A stretch of 64,000 bases of DNA, from contig JAIPJT010000008.1 in the NCBI GenBank assembly GCA_021733985.1, positions 13,092-77,091 of the forward strand, given 5' to 3'. Source of the DNA: Victivallales bacterium (GTDB taxonomy: Bacteria > Verrucomicrobiota > Lentisphaeria > Victivallales > GWF2-38-69). Position 1 is the first letter of the stretch. Every line of letters begins with the position of its first letter. Positions 62,141 to 64,000 of the stretch are shown here, one piece after another. The position numbers were made by a program, and so were the translations under genes. Under the pieces are notes generated by a model. The model saw nothing but the letters and a program-made list of their open reading frames with translations. It was not told the origin of the DNA and did not search any database.

Positions 62141-62183
62141 AGAGTTTCAAAACCTAAATTTCTAAAATGAGGTTATAAAAATT

Positions 62184-63011
62184 ATGGCTTTAAAAAAATA
62201 TAAACCATATGCTCCGGGAAGGCGTCAGATGACAGACCTTGCTAATGAAGAAATTACAGCTAATACCCCGGAAAAAAAATTATTAAAAGGTAAGAAAAAT
62301 ACCGGCGGACGTAATAACGGCGGACGTATTACGACTAGATTCAGAGGTGGCGGGTGTAAACGCAAATACAGAGTAATAGATTTTAAAAGAGACAAGTTCG
62401 ACATTCCCGGAACTGTTAAAACTATTGAGTATGACCCGAACAGAAATGCCAATATTGCATTAGTAGCCTATGCTGACGGAGAAAAACGCTACATCTTAGC
62501 GCCTGTAAAACTTAAAATCGGAAGTAAGGTTTTATGCGGTCAGGAAGCTGAAGTTAAACCCGGAAACGCAAAGAAACTGAAAAATATACCGGTCGGAATT
62601 AATATTCATAATATAGAGGTAAACCCCGGATGCGGTGCAAAACTTGTAAGATCTGCCGGCCAGACAGCTGTTGTTCGTGCAAAAGAAGGTAAATATGTCC
62701 AGGTTAAACTTCCAAGCGGCGAAATAAGAATGATTAACCGCGAATGTTTAGCTACAATTGGACAGATTGGTAATATAGAAAAACAAAATATAAATTTAGG
62801 CAAAGCCGGTAAAAAGCGTTATCTTGGCAAACGGCCTCATGTAAGAGGTGTCGTAATGAACCCAGTCGATCACCCGATGGGCGGTGGTGAAGGTAAAAGC
62901 AGCGGTGGCGGCCAGCCTCAGTCTCCATGGGGACAGTTATCAAAAGGCAAAAAGACTAGAAAGAAAAAGAAAAATACAAATAAACTCATCTTAGTACGGA
63001 GGAAGAAATAA
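62184..63011 (+). CDS. rplB: 50S ribosomal protein L2
   Basis: 275 aa: [29 protein letters not shown]. Confidence 0.96.
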   Translation: MALKKYKPYAPGRRQMTDLANEEITANTPEKKLLKGKKNTGGRNNGGRITTRFRGGGCKRKYRVIDFKRDKFDIPGTVKTIEYDPNRNANIALVAYADGEKRYILAPVKLKIGSKVLCGQEAEVKPGNAKKLKNIPVGINIHNIEVNPGCGAKLVRSAGQTAVVRAKEGKYVQVKLPSGEIRMINRECLATIGQIGNIEKQNINLGKAGKKRYLGKRPHVRGVVMNPVDHPMGGGEGKSSGGGQPQSPWGQLSKGKKTRKKKKNTNKLILVRRKK

Positions 63012-63280
63012 TGCCCAGGTCAATTAAAAAAGGTCCATTCGTAGATAATCATTTGATGAAAAAAGTCGATAAGATGAACAAAAATGGTAAAAAACGCCCG
63101 ATAAAGACCTGGTCAAGAAGGTCAATGATTCTTCCGGAATTTGTCGGACATACCTTTAATGTTCACAATGGAAAAGCTTTTATCAGTGTTTTTGTTACTG
63201 AAAATATGGTTGGACATAAATTGGGTGAGTTTGCCCCGACACGCCACTTCAAAGTTCATGGTGTTATGTCCGGTAAATAA
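63011..63280 (+). CDS. rpsS: 30S ribosomal protein S19
   Basis: 89 aa: [19 protein letters not shown]...[27 protein letters not shown]. Confidence 0.96.
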   Translation: MPRSIKKGPFVDNHLMKKVDKMNKNGKKRPIKTWSRRSMILPEFVGHTFNVHNGKAFISVFVTENMVGHKLGEFAPTRHFKVHGVMSGK

Positions 63281-63306
63281 TAAAGCCTATTATAATTTTT
63301 TATATC

Positions 63307-63340
63307 AAAGCCTTTCGTCTTCAACGAAAGGCTTTTTATT
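63307..63340 (+). terminator. Intrinsic terminator immediately after rpsS
   Basis: AAAGCCTTTCG (63307-63317), loop TCTTCAA, CGAAAGGCTTT (63325-63335): a perfect 11-bp stem followed by TTATT. Confidence 0.75.
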
Positions 63341-63402
63341 ATAAACTTCCTGCCGTAGTGATTATAAAAATTGACAAAGTACTTTAAAGGTTTTTTATTT
63401 TT

Positions 63403-64000
63403 ATGACTAATAGTACAGTAGTAATCGGAGGCGGACCGGCCGGGATGATGGCTGCAGTTCATTCAGCACGTAATGGAAATAATGTCATGATACTTGAAAA
63501 GAACAGTACTCCCGGCACCAAGCTTCTGATGACCGGCAAAGGCAGATGCAATATTACTAACGCAGAAACCTCTACTGAAAAATTTCTTCTGCAATTCGGT
63601 AAAAACGGCAAATTTTTAATAAATGCATTCCACCGATTTGGAGTAACAGAGACCATAAAGTTTTTTAATCAGCACAATCTTGATACTAAAGTAGAAAGAG
63701 GAGGACGGATATTCCCTACAAGTGACAACGCAAAAGATGTTCAGAATGTTTTTTTTAAACTTATTAAAGAGAAAAACATAGAGCTGAAACTTAACAGCAG
63801 TGTAAGGGAATTAATAGCTGAAGATAATACTATTAAAAAAATAAAATTGAATAACACAATCATTGAACCCGATAATGTCATATTAGCCACCGGCGGACAA
63901 TCCTATCCCAAAACAGGTTCGACCGGAGACGGTTATAAATGGGCTGAAAGACTTGGTCATACCGTTATTCCCCCTGCCCCAGCTCTATCACCTTTAATTG
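63403..64000 (+). CDS. NAD(P)/FAD-dependent oxidoreductase, HI0933/YhiN-like flavoprotein (partial; continues past the window)
   Basis: Not in the ORF track (no stop in window). The ATG at 63403 gives MTNSTVVIGGGPAGMMAAVHSARNGNNVMILEKNSTPGTKLLMTGKGRCNITN... and later ILATGGQSYPKTGSTGDGY. The frame is open to the window end. The GxGxxG dinucleotide fold and GKGRCN motif are typical of this family. Confidence 0.7.
   Translation, partial: MTNSTVVIGGGPAGMMAAVHSARNGNNVMILEKNSTPGTKLLMTGKGRCNITNAETSTEKFLLQFGKNGKFLINAFHRFGVTETIKFFNQHNLDTKVERGGRIFPTSDNAKDVQNVFFKLIKEKNIELKLNSSVRELIAEDNTIKKIKLNNTIIEPDNVILATGGQSYPKTGSTGDGYKWAERLGHTVIPPAPALSPLI

Overview
This is an A+T-rich bacterial chromosomal window, and I cannot assign it to a taxon from sequence alone. 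It is mostly conserved core genes with three accessory or irregular patches.

Gene content, left to right:
- A partial HAD hydrolase (1-417) and an XRE-HTH regulator with four PAS modules (551-2359).
- A reductive-TCA style cluster: aconitase, ATP-citrate lyase aclB and aclA, and monomeric isocitrate dehydrogenase (2.7-10.2 kb).
- A decayed islet (10.2-14.2 kb): IS630-type transposase remnant, a second gene remnant, a 941-aa SF1 helicase fusion, and a tRNA(CAU).
- An ATP-grasp gene, a lysine-rich secreted protein and a membrane protein (14.5-17.4 kb).
- An envelope glycosyltransferase cluster (17.6-23.2 kb).
- A TetR regulator with an RND efflux pair (23.5-28.5 kb).
- A 1931-aa CheB-CheR-PAS-GGDEF-EAL signalling protein (29.6-35.4 kb).
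- secA, pruA, a class II aldolase and a HIT protein.
- The conserved block tRNA-Leu, tRNA-Thr, tuf, rpmG, tRNA-Trp, secE, nusG, rplKAJL, rpoBC, rpsLG, fusA, rpsJ, rplCDWB, rpsS. It ends abruptly at a terminator and is followed by a partial flavoprotein gene.

Most unusual signals, all read directly from the DNA:
1. A dispersed intergenic element family with a core of about 115 bp and conserved end boxes. There are at least five copies. Two of them are direct repeats bracketing a small membrane coiled-coil gene.
2. A 196-bp element bounded by 21-bp terminal inverted repeats, sitting between two tRNA genes just upstream of tuf.
3. An orphan SF1 helicase with a RelE/ParE-like N-terminal module and C-terminal ankyrin repeats, in the IS- and tRNA-flanked islet.
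4. Structured spacers and an early terminator inside the ribosomal-protein operons.

I found no CRISPR array and no rRNA. All functional calls rest on motif recognition by eye, and no database search was possible.
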